Of a stretch of DNA of 64,000 nt, positions 1 through 15,922 are shown piece after piece. Position 1 is the first letter of the stretch. Each line of letters starts with the position of its first letter. A program made the position numbers and the translations under genes. A model generated the notes under the pieces. That model saw only the letters and a list, made by a program, of their open reading frames with translations, was not told the DNA's origin and made no database searches. The stretch lies in assembly GCF_009914755.1 (NCBI RefSeq), contig NC_060941.1, one strand, 5' to 3'. The stretch is from the human T2T-CHM13v2.0 reference genome, Homo sapiens.

Positions 1-117
1 GGCTGAGACAGGAAAATTGCTTGAACTCAGGAGGTGGAGTTTGCAGTGAGCCGAGATCCCACACTGCACTCCAGCCTGGGAAACAGAATGAGACTCTGTC
101 TCAAAAGAAAAAAAAAA
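1..117 (+). mobile_element. Alu, right arm and A tail (cut by window edge)
   Basis: GGAGGTGGAGTTTGCAGTGAGCCGAGATC...CCAGCCTGGG...GAGACTCTGTCTC followed by an A-rich tail. Confidence 0.95.
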
Positions 118-796
118 GGAAGGAAATTCTGACATCCACTACAACCTGGATGAACCTTGAGGACACTATGTTAAGTGAAATAACCCAGACCCAAAAGGAC
201 AAATGCTATATGATCCCACTCATATGACACATACTGAGTAGCCAAACTCGTAGAGAAAGTAGGATGGTGGTTGCCAGGGCCTGGGGGAGAGGGGAGTGGA
301 GAATTGTTTAGGAGCTGTGGTGTTTCAGTTTGGGAGGATAAAAAGAGTTCTATGGCTGGGTGGCAGTGACGGTTGCACAACAATATGAATGTACTTAATA
401 ATTAAGATGGCCAGGTAAGGTGGCACACACCTAGCTGTGGTCCCAGCTATTCAGGAGGCTGAGGTGGGAGGATCGCTTGAGCCCAGGATATCTAGGCTAT
501 AGTTCTGGGCTATGCCAATTGGGTGTCCGCACTAAATTCCACATCAATATGGTGACCTCTTGGGAGCAGGGGACTACCAGGTTGCCTAAGGAGGGGTGAA
601 CCCGCCCAAGTCGGAAACGGAGCAGGTCAAGTCTCCCATGCTGATCAGTACTGGGGATGCATCTGTAAATACCACTGCATTCCACCCAGGGCAACATAGC
701 AAGACCTCATCTCTAAAAAAATAAAAATGTTTAAAATGGTAAATTTTATGTCATGTGTATTTTACCACAATTTTTTAAATCTAAAAATTAAAAAAA
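118..796 (+). mobile_element. Old L1 (L1MB-like) 3' end, interrupted by a 7SL retrocopy
   Basis: TGGATGAACCTTGAGGACACTATGTTAAGTGAAATAA...GACAAATGCTATATGATCCCAC before 410; resumes after ~728 as AAAATGGTAAATTTTATG...TTTTACCACAAT. Confidence 0.8.
410..727 (+). pseudogene. 7SL (SRP RNA) processed pseudogene of the RN7SL family
   Basis: Alu-like 5' and 3' ends enclose the S domain (GGTGTCCGCACTAA, CAGGTTGCCTAAGGAGGGGTGAACC, GTCGGAAACGGAGCAGGTCAA). It is about 305 nt, diverged, with an A tail. Confidence 0.93.
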
Positions 797-2905
797 AGTC
801 AGAGCCTTTTGACCTAAAGATCGGTGCCTCTCTTTTACAGTTCACCCTGTTCAAGGAGGTGAACCAAAAAGCTATGGAGCCCATTAGAAGGAACCAGACT
901 TCCAGCACCTGGGTAAATAACCTGTAAGGGAAGCAGGAGCAGAGAGTGGTCCTTGGTGAGGTGCTGGGTGCCGGGGAAGGTGGGGGCCAGGTTGGTGCCT
1001 GGTGCCTGTGCTGCACCCCAGTCATCCCCAGCACACTGAGTACCCAGGTGGAGCTCTTGTGCCACCCAAAGGTGAAATTAACCTGTGATTACAAAGTTAG
1101 CTTTGATCAAAATTGTTGGTAAATGTAGGGGTTAGGGAAGTGAAAGCGCTAGAAGGAGGCATGAATGCCTAGGGCTGAAAGGGGATGGAGAAGGCAAGGA
1201 CAGATCCCAGGGTCAGCAAATCGAATCTACTTAGGGTGCGAGATGCGGTGGGCTTTTGGGGACATATTCTTCTATACCGTATCACCAGAGATACAAAGGT
1301 TTTTTTTGTTTGTTTGTTTGTTTGTTTTGGCAAACGAAAGGGGTTTTTATAGACCAACCCTGTTGTACCATTGAAATAGCCCCAGTTTTCCTAATTCATG
1401 GGAAGGGCATGAAGAACCCCCTGCGTAGGGCAGGGCAGGGAACCTATCTGCACTCCAAGCAGTTGGCCACCGAAAGGAGATAACTTCATGATGCTTCCAT
1501 TGAGAATCTCTGAGACAGTAGTTAGGAGAAGGGAACTGCCAGGCTGAGATTTTTCCGTCATCCGATCATGACTGAGTTCAAGATAACAAGAGTCCGTTTT
1601 TGGTAATGGAGGCATTTCAAAAGAGAATGATTTTGTTTCCCTTAAGTTCACATAGGTTGGCCGGAAGCCCCCAGACTGCCTGGAATACGCATTAAAAACG
1701 CCAGCTATCTCAGCAATAATTTCCAGCCCCAGGCCATTTACTAAGACACACAGCACCTCTACCACCCTGCTCTGATGCACCGCCACGGCCATCCCGCAGA
1801 CCTGTGCCAGACGGCAGCGCCGGTGCCTCTGCACCCGACCGCAGCTGAGAACGTGTGGCTGCCCGTATGATTCTGCTCAGTTCATGGTGTCTCCTCAGCC
1901 ACTGTGTCCTGAGCCAAGAGATTTGAGTGTTTATGAAAACCAGCATTGTTTTCCCTCTTGGTCATGTAAGTCATGGGAAATTTTTGTGTGGTGATGCATA
2001 AATCCCAGAAAGTTTGGTTTAAAAAGTTCCCTAAAGTGTGGGTGGTTCCTCAAGTATGTCCAGATTTAGTGAATATCTTGAATCCGTAGAACAAGCCTGA
2101 GAGTTTCACCCAAATGCCATCTCCGTGAAGAGGCCCTCCAGATTCACGGACACCCTCATTAGTGAGTTCTGGCAGCTGGCCGTTAGATGTAGGACTTTTA
2201 AACTCAAATTTAAAATGAGTCTGCATGCCTGAGTGAGCAGAGTTGCTGGGAAATATTATGCTTCAAGGCAGTTCAGGCCAACTCTCCCACGATCTAAAAT
2301 CCTTCTATTAAAAAAGTTATAATTCATCCCGAATAAATTAGCTGTCCTCTTTGAGAAATCTTCCTTTAATGTTTTGCTTAATCCATCAACAATTATTTCA
2401 TGAGCACCTGCGCATCCAGGCTTGGCAATGCCACGGATTCTAATTCCTTCTCCTATCCTCACTCCTCATCCTCATCAAGAAGAGGATTTGCCTCTGATCC
2501 TCCACCATGACTTGGGCAGCCACTGAAAATGATGCTTTAAATAAATGTGTTGATGTGGAAAGACGGCAGGGCTTATGAAGGAGTATGTATTTCATTCCAT
2601 TTTCATAAATATGTAAATAGTATGTGTTTAATCCCACTTTTATAAATATATATTCTTGGGCAGATTAATATATATTCATGTGTATATTTCAATAAAACAA
2701 AATCTAAAAGGATATATACCAAGGTGTTAGCAGTGATGATCTCTAAGTAGTGGAATTAATTTTCTTTTCTTTTAGCTTCTCTGTGCATTTTTTCTAAAGG
2801 AAACACATATTATATGTTAAATCAAAAACGGAAAATGTTGTAAAGGAAACAGTGGCATTGAGAGAAGATGGTAGTTAAGTTTGGTAGCCATTTAAAGAGG
2901 TTTAC

Positions 2906-3205
2906 GGCTGGGTGGAGTGGCTCATGCCTGTAATCCTAGCACTTTTGGGAGGCTGAGGCAGGAGGATCACTTGAGTTCGAGACCACCCTGGTCAACACAT
3001 CAAGACCCCGTCTCGACCAAAAAAAAAAAAAAAAATAGCTGCACATGGTGGTGCATGCCTGTAGTCACAGCTACTCGGGAGGCTAGGGTGGGAAGATCAC
3101 TTGAGCTTGGGAGGTCGAGGCTGCTGTGAGCCGTGATCACGCCACTGCACTCCAGCCTGGGTGACAGAGCGAAATATTGTCTAAAATAATATAAATAAAT
3201 AAAAA
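2906..3205 (+). mobile_element. Alu (AluJ-like)
   Basis: Full dimer; TSD TAAAGAGGTTTA at 2893-2904 and 3206-3217. Confidence 0.93.
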
Positions 3206-4305
3206 TAAAGAGGTTTATATGTTTCTGGTTGGGGAACTCAAAGTTTTTTCTGAGACTAAAGCCTTCTGTACAGGAACATTTTAGGCCTAAACAAAGAGAA
3301 AAGGTAAAGTTTATATTTTTCCTATGTGACCGGGACTAAAAAACATACATACATAAATATAATTTTATATTTTTAAAATGATGCCTTTGCAACCTCCTCC
3401 TTAAAATGAGGAAGGAATCTTCTCTAGTCTGGTCCAGCTGATTCCTGGCGCTGCCTTTGTTGTTCTTACTGAAACAAAGGCTGCAGAAGAGACTAGAAAA
3501 AGCAAAGAGAAGCTAAATTGATCTGCATACGGAAGAGCATAACGCTAGCAAAAACGGGGGAAATACACAAAATGGGGAAGGAAGTGGACAGAGCTGGAAC
3601 AGAGAAGGGGAGGGAAAGTAGGGCAGAAGAGGTGCAGCTGGGATTTTAGGGGGGAAAAGAAGTAGAGAGGAGAGAGAGAGAGAGAGAAGGCATTGAGCAA
3701 TTGCTCTGTCTTGTGGCCTTTGGAGCGGGAGGAGAGAAGGGAAGTGGAAGAAGTGGAGACCTCATTCATCAAAAGAAACTGTAGCAGAGCACGCACTTTG
3801 CCTCCTCCTCCAGAAAACCTTCAGTGAAGACAGGCATTGCTCTTGAGGGTTGGGGCTCTGGTTTGTACCTCTGGGGATGGATTAGCTGAGATGAGACTTA
3901 CAGCTGAAGCAAGAAGGCCCAAATTTAGTTGGATCTGAAATTTTGTTTTGCAAAATTGGAAATCCAGTCAGCTGAGAACTCCCTAGGACTCCACCTCATC
4001 TGGCAAGATCAGGAGACAGCCCCACCCTGTCTTTGCTGAGCAGTGAAGGGCAGTCAGATGGGCCATTGGGATGGGCCCTAATCCAGTGTGATTCTACTAA
4101 ATCTGGGCCTTCTTGCTTCAGCTGAAAATCTCATCTCAACTAATCCATCCCCGGAGACAAAAACCAGAGCCCCAGCCCTCAAGAGCAATGTCGTTCTTCA
4201 CTGGTTTTCTGCAGCCCCTTTCCAGGGACTCCACCATCTCATCGTGAGCCCCAGCAACAGTATTTCCACGTCACTGGCATCCTGGGTGCCGGTCCAGGGT
4301 ACCCA

Positions 4306-4710
4306 TCTGGATTAGTTTCCTAAGGCTGCTGTAAAACTGACACAAGCTGGCTGGCTTTAACAACAGAAATTGGCTGTGTCACAATTCTGGAGGCTGGAAG
4401 TCCAAGATCAAGATGCTGGCAGGGCAGGTCCTTTCTAAGGACTGTGGGAAGGAGCTGTTCCGGGCCCCTGTCCGGGCGTATGGATCCATCTTCATCACGG
4501 CATGGCCTTCTCCCTGTATGTCTGTCTCTGTGTCCAAATTTCCCCTTTGTTTGAAACCAGTCACACTGGATTAAGGCCCACCCCAATGACCTCACTTTAA
4601 CTTGATCACATTTATAGAGACCCTATCTCCAAATGAAGTCACCTTCTGAGGTACTGGGGGTTCGGACTTCCACGTGCCAATCTGGGGTGGAGGAGACACA
4701 ATTCCACCAC
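4306..4710 (-). mobile_element. MaLR LTR (MLT1-like)
   Basis: TTAGTTTCCTAAGGCTGCTGTAA...CACAATTCTGGAGGCTGGAAGTCCAAGATCAAG...GTCACCTTCTGAGGTACTGGGGGTT are typical MLT1 motifs. Confidence 0.85.
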
Positions 4711-7700
4711 CATGCGCACTGACAGCCCCATGGCCGGCGCACACCCTTGGTGCCAGCCCCAGAGTGACTGGCGGTCACTCTGGGGGCCCCTCCCTTTTCT
4801 TTCACACGTGCTCACTTTGCAGCTGTCCAGGCCATTCTGCCCTCATCTGAGGAATTTGCAGAAATTCCCCAGAACTCAGGCTTGGTGATTTCACCCTTCC
4901 CTGTTTTCAGCCAGCACAGAGTTTTGTCCTAGGCTTCTGTTTCTCTGCTGAATTCAGTAGGGATTGAGGAGGGAGCAGAGACTCATGGGTGGGTTCAAAC
5001 CCCTTCCTTGAAGCTGATGTTGCTTTAAATCTGCTTCCCTGGAGGGCCACAAGTGGGCCAGGACGCTGTGTATGGTCCTGCAGACAGCTTCCTGCTCCTG
5101 CCCCGTCCTGCCCTTGGACAGAATTGGGCCGTGGACTCATTTTCTTAGGGGACTCCTCCAACCCTCATGGGGACACATCTGCTCCTTAAAGCGTGGGTTC
5201 TCTGCTACAGATTCTGAGGGAACGGTCTGTAGCTGGAGAGACTGAGGAATGAAAGGTACATTCAGGCCATGCAGAGTCACTTAGCTGAAGGGTGGGGCGG
5301 AGATGGACAGCTGGACAAAGGGGCACAGAGAGGTTCGGCCTGAGGAAAGTTGAGAGGAGGGACTGCATTATCATGGAAGGACATGCTGCTTTGATCCGGA
5401 TGAAGGAGCTCCCATGTCTTCTAGCCATTTAGGTGCAGCAAAAGATTTGCATTAAAACCCAAGTTACTGGAGTGAAATACTGAGGGGAATGTGGTTCATG
5501 AGAATAGCAATTTACATTTGAAAAACATTTTAAATCATGTCTTAAAGGATTCATAATTGTAGGGCTTCTTAAAACTAGTGGTTTTCATTCAGAGGCCCCA
5601 GGGCATGCTTGGATTTCCCGCACAGGCTCCTGTGGCCAACTCCAGGGAAAAAGGAGAAAGGATTGGAGCAGATGCCAGAAGCACCCCGCTCTTTCCTCTC
5701 CAGCTCACCCTGGCTTGGAGCAGAGACGTCATCTATCACTTGTTTGGTACAACAAGCTCCCACACAGGATTTTATTTGGTAAAAGATCTCCATGATTACA
5801 AAAAATAAATGCATGCATGCATACAAGAATATATACATTAATTCCACTGGTTTAGCTAATTAGTTTTCCATGCATATATTTTTATAAGATTATATACATG
5901 GAAAACTCATTTACACAGGTACTCAACTATACAGTACAGATACTCAACATACCCGTGATTTCAAGGTCGTAACTGCTGCTTGAAGGTGGACATGTGTGTC
6001 TATAGTTCATTCCTAATGAGAAAGATCATCTTCAACACAATAAGGAACACACTTTAACCTAAGAGGGGTGTCATCTCCAGAGAGGATGTTCCAGCCATTG
6101 AAAACAAGAAGTGCTCTGAAGCAGATCGAACTCTGGCTTGGATGCTCTGGCAGAGTCCTGTGTGTACCAAATTAGCATTTCAAAATGAAGCCAAGTAAGA
6201 GAACCAGCTCCTTCCTGAAAGAGGCCATGAGGGTCTAAATGTCCCACAGATCTGGCTGTCTCTGTGGGAAACCACCTCTTGGAGAAGGAAGATCTGAGCT
6301 AGCAGGGCCGTGCATCTTCCCGAAAGCTCCGTGTTCCTGCTTCAAGGCTATGCTTCCCAAGAAAGCAGATCACGGGGTTATTTTCCTGACGCTCCCCTCC
6401 TGGGGGATTAAAATTCTTATATTTTGACATGGGGGCAGTGAGCAGAGTGGCCAGAAGGACAGTCTTTGGTGGCTGCTTGGCCCCTGGCCTGGTTTGATTC
6501 TGTTCCCGAATCATTAGTGGAGAACTCCTATATTCAAAGAACGGTGGTAAGAGCTGGGAGTACAAAAGTGAGAGGGAAAAAAAAAAAAAAACCGTCTTTG
6601 CCCTTAAGGGGCTTTGGTGTATTTGCAGGAGAGAGTCTCATGAACAGATGACTGAACGTCACGTGGAAAGTGCTATCCTAAAAGTGCACTGTAGCACCAA
6701 GGGGCACCAAGGTGAGGTAGAGTCCAGTGCAGAAGCTAGAGGCGGCCTCTGGAGCAAATTCACCTCCACTGCCTCACAGGACTCTATGGATTATTGGTCT
6801 ATAAATACCTCCAGCCATCACAAATGCACTTTCGCAGAAGGATTGAATTTCAGCATTAGAAGCAACCTTCCTAGCCGTTAAACCCTTCACGGATCTGATG
6901 CTGGAAGCCCCTCTAGGACACACCCACCAAATGGCTTTTTTGAGTTGCTTTTAGGACAGGATACTCACTACCATGTGGGGAGGTGCTTGGACTACCTGGG
7001 CGCCCATTGAGAGGCGTCTGGCTTTTAGAGCTTGCTGCCAGCTTTGGGGAGTGTGAAGGCTGAGGAATGACGCTCTGTGTGTCTGGCTCAGCCAGCAGGC
7101 ACAGGGCTCCAAGCACGGGGATTCCAGGGCCTCAGGTTGCATCTCAAGTGGCGTAACTGAGCAGTCAGCTGCTGGCAGTCACTCTGAACACACGCTGCTC
7201 CTCAGGGCACGGCATGTGCCTCCCAAGGCAGCCAGCCCATTCCAAAGGGTCAGAGCAAAGCACACAGTGCCCTCAATAGTCTGCTCCCTTATTCAGCCCT
7301 GGCCTATGGTAACCTAAGCCTAGGCAGGGGCTGTGGGCACCGCATCCCTCAGCTCAGCTCAGCCTCTAAGTGCATTGTGCTCTGTTTCCACGTGCTGCTC
7401 ACCTTGTTTTGGGGATTTCTAATCTCACTCACATCCTTCTATTTCTCTCATGGCCTGCAGGTCCCCTTTTACTATTCCAGGTGCATCAGAAGTGACGGTT
7501 CCCATGAGCATAGGGGCTGTGTCTCTAGTGAGCTTTTCCCAGTAAAGTCATATTATCCATATCAGTTCCACCTTCAACCCCAACATTCCCTGACTTTGTC
7601 GTTCAACTCCCTTGTCCCCTACGGATCCCTCTTTTTCACAACTTCTAAGACACTTGCAGTCCACACCTTGTTAGCAAGTTCTCCATTACATGCTGCTTTG

Positions 7701-8634
7701 TGCTATTTTCCACTGGTTTCCTCTCTGCCGTCCTCCCTCCAGCAAGCCCCTAATAAAGAAGAATTTTGTTTCATCCACCTCTGATATTCTTTGAAGGACA
7801 TGTAGGTTTCAATGAATGTTTGTCGAATGAAGAAATGAATACACAATTTGAGCCCTGCTCCCCCAAATCTTATATACAGGGGCACAGAGAAACAATAATG
7901 AACAATTACAAAGAAGCAGGAGGAGTATGTGCAGGATATGGAGGCAGCCCAGAAGTCCGACGCAGTAAGTACAGGTCCTCAGGAGGCATTAGGTTGCTGG
8001 ACAAGCAAGACATACACAAGATCCATTTCTCCCACCTCTGCTTGTTATCCATTCCACACAGACACCAAGCCACCGTTCTTTCCTTACAACAGGCATCTTG
8101 GCTTGACGCAAAAATAAGAAAAAAATCTTACCATGAAAATCACGGTGACTGCTTCTGTTCAATGCTTTATAGTCTTCAGGGCATTCTGTGACCAAATCAC
8201 TTGTGTATGCCAATGATGGATGAGATGCCTTCTGCAGCTCTTTCTACATCAAATCCCTTGATTTGTGGAAAAAAGCAGAGATCACAAGTGACTTTCCTGA
8301 GTCCCCGCAGGCAGGTCAACATGGGACTGGAACCAGGATCCAAGGAGCTCCACGTTATCCCACACTAAATCTCCTCTGTCCAGCTGCCTCTCCCTCCCCA
8401 GCCTCTCCTGGAGTTGGAATGAACTCTTTCCACAGTCTGCCTCAAATGATCGGATTATTGGACAGCATCTTTGCTTTCAGGAAAAATGCTATGGCGGCCA
8501 CAGTGACACCCAACTTACCTAGTGATGACAAATTATATGTGGCGTTCCAAGCTGTACCTGGGGGTTTTCAGGGCTATTTGCACCTAATTATAGGCCCCCT
8601 CTAAGACTCCCACAGTTGAAGTCCATTACAGTAA

Positions 8635-8970
<336 letters not shown>

Positions 8971-9029
8971 TAGTAATATAGTGACAGAAGGGTGCAAAGA
9001 ACCATGTTTCCACCATTAAAGAAATTTGG

Positions 9030-9359
<330 letters not shown>

Positions 9360-12250
9360 TTAATAGGAACCAATTCCAAGATTATTCCTACGTCAGTAGA
9401 AGTATAATATTAGTAGTCATGGTGGTGAAGTGGTCTCTTCAGAAAAAAAGAAAAGAAGCTTGTAGCTCTTGCCAGTTCCTGTAGTGTAAATTCTCCCACC
9501 ATGGCCAATTTTAAGCTACCAATGCAATGTCACCGTACACACACAGAGTTGGAAAGAGACTTACCTAGTTGGCTCCATGAGCCAAGACAAGTGGCTGCCA
9601 CAGCCACCACCTTTACTGAGATTTTACTACGAGATAGGCACCCTTTCAGGCTCATTGAATCCTAGCACTTCACTATGATTTATCTATAACAATAGGGAAA
9701 ATAAAAATAGGTGCTTACAGGTTTTGTGACGATTGATTGAAGTCATACACACTAACTGGTTGAGAGCAGTGCCTGGCAGATAGTGAGCATTCAATAAACA
9801 GAAACAACCAGAATTGCCATTATTACTGCCTGCATTGAATCTTCTCATCAGCCATGGGAAGCAGATGCCCCTCCCACAGCCGACAAGAGCCCCTCCTTGG
9901 TAAGCATGTGTGTGGCTAGAGCTTGGAACATTGTGCGTGGTCTTCTGGCCTCCTAGGGAGGGCCACGTCACAATTCATCTTTTGACCCTGCCCCCCAATT
10001 TCCCAGTCCTCCCTGAGGATGACAAAGTGGAGTGCTCTGGGAAGACAGAAGCAACAAAGGGGACCTTTTGTGACAGAGGAGAGCATTTAAAAAGAGAGAC
10101 ACAGAGGGCAAGGCAGGAGTGACCTCAAATGGCCAGAGCTAGAGCCCTGGGGCAGCAAAACAGGAGGCAGGTGTGGTTTAGCAGCAGCGCCCATTAGGAC
10201 ACCCCACAGGCGAGGCCTCCTACAGGGGTGTCTGCCCCACCTGCCCCACCCCTACAGCAGGTCCTGCAAAACCACCTGTGAGCTGTGGTTGACACTGAAC
10301 TGCAGGGAGGATGCTAAGGGTGCACTGAGCTGAAAGCAGGTGACTTCCTTTCCACCTGGACAGTACACATAACTCATTCACTCAAAACAGAACCTTCCAG
10401 TTCCCCTCACCTGCCCTTCTCCATTGCAGGCACACATTAGCGTGGTCTCTGAGAAAGGAAGGAGAAGATGCCCAGCTGTGTTCGCTGGTATGTGTGTGAG
10501 GATGGAGGTGCTCATCTTGGCTTATAAGTACCAAGCTGTGGGCACCTTTCTACCCTGAAGTTTGAGTGATTCTGCAGCAATAGACGCTCAGGGGAGGATA
10601 GCAGAGGCATCCAACAGACAACTCCTGTGGCTCACCCAGGTCAGGGTGGGTACATTTCAGGCTGTCTTGTAGCTGCTTCTCTGAGGAGCTGGGTTCTGCT
10701 CCCCAAGCTCTTCACACACTCTCAAAGATGGTCTCTCCTGAGGCCACAGACGGCATCCTTGCCAAACTGCCCAGGGCAGGGGTACACAATGGGGGCCTGT
10801 TCCCGTGGAAGCCAGGAATATTCCATGAGAAAGAAGCAGAGAAGAAAAAAATGTCTAAATATCTGTTTTTGCTTCCTACACCTCACCCACTCAAAACATT
10901 AACTTCATACCAAGCTCCCACTGCATCAGTGTCCAGGGACTTCAGGAAGCCCAGGAAGGAGCAGAGGAAGCCGCGTCTACACCAGCTCTGGCATCATGTC
11001 AGCCCCACGGCCTCAGCCCCAGGCTTCACGAGCTTTGCATTTTCTTAAACGTTTGATGGAATCACGTGCACCAGCTGCAGGCCAATGATGCCAAGGGCCA
11101 GACATTTTTGTGTTTTGCATTTTTTTTCTATTTTGCTTTCTCTTTAAGTGGAAAACTTATATCTTCAGACTGCTACATTCACTGGTAAATTCAAGTTTTG
11201 ACCCGTCCCATCGCGTCTGCTACGGACAATCCAAGCCATAGCCCAACTTCAACGTGTCAGATTGCAGGAAGGGTTCTAACTTCAGGGGAATCGAAGGAAC
11301 AAAGATGACTAGCTTTTATTTTACTATCTCCTTGTTATGAAGTTTGACTTTTCAGCAGGGAAATGGGGCTTGTTAATAATAGGATCAAGAAGCATATATT
11401 CCATGCACTATGCTGGGCACCTAAAAGAAAAGAGGGCAACTGTACCCCCTAAAACTGCTTTCATTCTTACCAAAAGGCTCAGTAGCAATCAGAAAAAAAA
11501 AAAAACCACTTCAGAAAGGCCTTGTGTGCTTACTCTTACCAGAAATTAAAAGAGATTTCAAAGCTACATTAATGAAAATATTTGATTCTGGTGCATAAAT
11601 AGACAGATGCATCAATGAGCCAAAGCAGAAAGCCCCAAAAGAGACTGGAAAATATAAAATAATGCATAAAGCAAATTTCACCTCATTGCAGGAAAGATGG
11701 ATGATTCAATAAATATTGTTGGAAAACCTGGCCAATCATAGAGGAAAAAAAAAGTCACACTAAATCCTCCTTCATGTCTTTACACTAAAATAAATTACAG
11801 GTAAAAAAAATATTTAATTTTTTTTAAGTTTCAATGCATCAGAAATAAACATAAGGTAATCTTTTCACATAATCCTGAGAGAGTAGAAAGTCCTTCTAAT
11901 CAAGACAAAACTCAAAAGCCATACATAAAAATATTGATAAGGTTGACTATATAAATATTTATAATTTCACATATACCAAAAATACTAAAGTGATATCAAA
12001 ATACAAATGAAAAGGTGGGGGAAATATTTGAAAGACAAATTATGAACAAAGGACTAATATATAAAGGGTTTAATATGAAAACAGGACTGTGATCCACAAG
12101 TAAAAGGCCAAGGACTCATTTTTTTAATGAGTAAAACACATAAACAGGCAATTCACATAGAGAGAACAAGTGAAAGAAATGAAAAGAAGCAGCAAATTAA
12201 AATTGGTAAAAATGTTTTACCGAATACGTTAACAAAGATTAAAAAGTTTG

Positions 12251-13187
<937 letters not shown>

Positions 13188-13691
13188 AAAAAGTTTGATA
13201 ATGCACAGTGTTGACTAAGATATATGAAAACAGGCATTCTGACCAGCTATTGGGGAGAGTGTAAACGGGTGTGATGTTTTTAGAGAGCAACTTGATAGCA
13301 TCTGTCATATGAGTCCATCTGCAAGATGAGTGAATTCGCAAAGGTCTAGGATTCTCTGCAACACTGTTTGCAAGGGCTAAAGACTAGAAACAATCTCAAA
13401 GTTCCTCAAGAAGAAACTGGTTAAATACATTCACACAACCGTATACTCCAAAGTGTTTAGAAGAATAAGATGATTCCATATGTTCTAAGAGAAACAATCT
13501 CCAAGATTGCTAAGTGGAAAAAGTGGGGGACAGAACAATATGTGTACTATATAATGTGTGTGCGTGTGTGTGTTTGGTGGTGGGGTCATACCTGTGTATT
13601 CATTCAGCTAAGCTTTACTGAGCAACCGCTACATGCCAGGTATTGTTCTAAGCACAAGGGATGCAGCAGTGAACAAAACAGACAAACCAGC

Positions 13692-14013
<322 letters not shown>

Positions 14014-14045
14014 GACAAACTCCTCTGCCCTCGTGGAGCTTATTC

Positions 14046-14348
14046 TTTTTTTTTTTTTCTTTTTTTGAGACGGAGTCTGGCTCTGTTGCCCAGGCTGGAG
14101 TTGCAGTGGCATGATCTCGGCTCCCTGCAAGCTCCGCCTCCCGGGTTCACGCCGTTCTCCTGCCTCAGCCTCTGGAGTAGTTAGGACTACAGGCGCCCGC
14201 CACCATGCCCGGCTAATTTTTTGGATTTTTAGTAGAGATGGGGTTTCACCGGGTTAGCCAGGATGGTCTCGATCTTCCGACCTCGTGATCCACCCTCCTG
14301 GGCCTCCCAAAGTGCTTGGATTACAGGCGTGAGCCACCACGTCCAGCC
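14046..14348 (-). mobile_element. Alu (AluY-like)
   Basis: TSD TGGAGCTTATT at 14034-14044 and 14351-14361; GCAAGCTCCGCCTCCCGGGTTCACGCC. Confidence 0.95.
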
Positions 14349-15074
14349 TATGGAGCTTATTTTCTAATGAAGAAGAGCAACAATAAGCAGTAAGTGGACT
14401 CTGTGATGTGCCGCGTGGTGCAGAGTCATATGAGGAAAAATAAAGATGGGAGTATGTGAAGGAATCCAGCAGCAAAAAAGTTTCTTTGAAAAAAGCTTCA
14501 CCGGAAAGCGGGTATTTGAGCCAAGACTTGTAGGAAGGGAGAGAGGGCACTATGCGCTCAGATGGGGAAGAGAGTTCCAGCCAGAAGGAAGGGAACTGCT
14601 ACGATTGAAGTGAGGGTGCCGGGGAGCTGGGGCGGGTGAGTAAGAAGGAGAGGATGGGAGAAAAGGCCCACAGAAGAGGAAGGCAGAGGTCCTTGTAGGG
14701 GCTTGACAGACTCTGACTTCCACCTCGAATGCCATGTGACATGATCTGACTTAAAGTTTTTAAAATATGCAGAGAAGACTTCCAAAGAGATGCATACCAA
14801 CCCGTGACAGTGGATGCCTCTGGGCATCTAGATGGATGGTGGCAGGCAGGCGGGAGGTGTGGGGGAATTCCTTTGCATTCTATTCAGTGGGCTGTTTCAT
14901 TTGGTTCTCCTCTTCCCCAACCTGAGTGCATAGTTCCCTCCTTGTTTTCTTGTTTTATAATGCTTTCTCGTTTTTTAAAAGAGCGTGCTATGTGCAGTGC
15001 AAAATAAAGAACTTCCCCTGCAAAAGGATCTTTTTATTCCTGGATAGCTTAATAATCTAGGGCTGGTTAGGATG

Positions 15075-15500
15075 ATGACTTAGATTGGGTTCCCCAAAGG
15101 CAGAGCCTGAGAAGAGGGTTGGAGGACATCCCAGGTGAGGAGTCTATTTCCGAGGTGAACCCAGGAGACACTGGTAGAGGAGTGAGGAAGTGAGACAGAG
15201 AAGGCAAAAAGGGCAATACGGGGTGCATTCTTGAGCAGATTACTATTTGGGTAACTGAGGCACTTTCCTGCTGGGAACTCTGGGAGACTGTGTGGAGTAC
15301 ACCTCAGAGTTATTTGCTCAAGTTAAGGATAAGGAAGCTGGGCTGTTTATCCACCAACTCATATTTGCTGTTACGAGAGAAGCTCTGTGGGAACTTAGCT
15401 CCATTTCCCATCCAGGGGATCAGGGCAAAGCTCCCAGGTGGAATATGTTGGGTGCCTGGACCAGGACGCCATGGGCAGGTGCTGAAATGGAGGGCACGTG
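15075..15500 (-). mobile_element. ERVL-type LTR fragment (LTR16-like)
   Basis: TTAGATTGGGTTCCCCAAAGGCAGAGCCTGAGA...GAGGTGAACCCAGGAG...GGAAGTGAGACAG. Confidence 0.55.
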
Positions 15501-15571
15501 GGCTCTCTGCTGCAGGGTGTGCTTTGCCTTTTTAAAAATACGTACGATGGTTTCACCTCAAGTTCTTTTCA

Positions 15572-15922
<351 letters not shown>

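Noticed and set aside
1391-1834. 147-aa minus-strand ORF
   Set aside because: Non-ATG start, no recognisable family and no supporting exon structure
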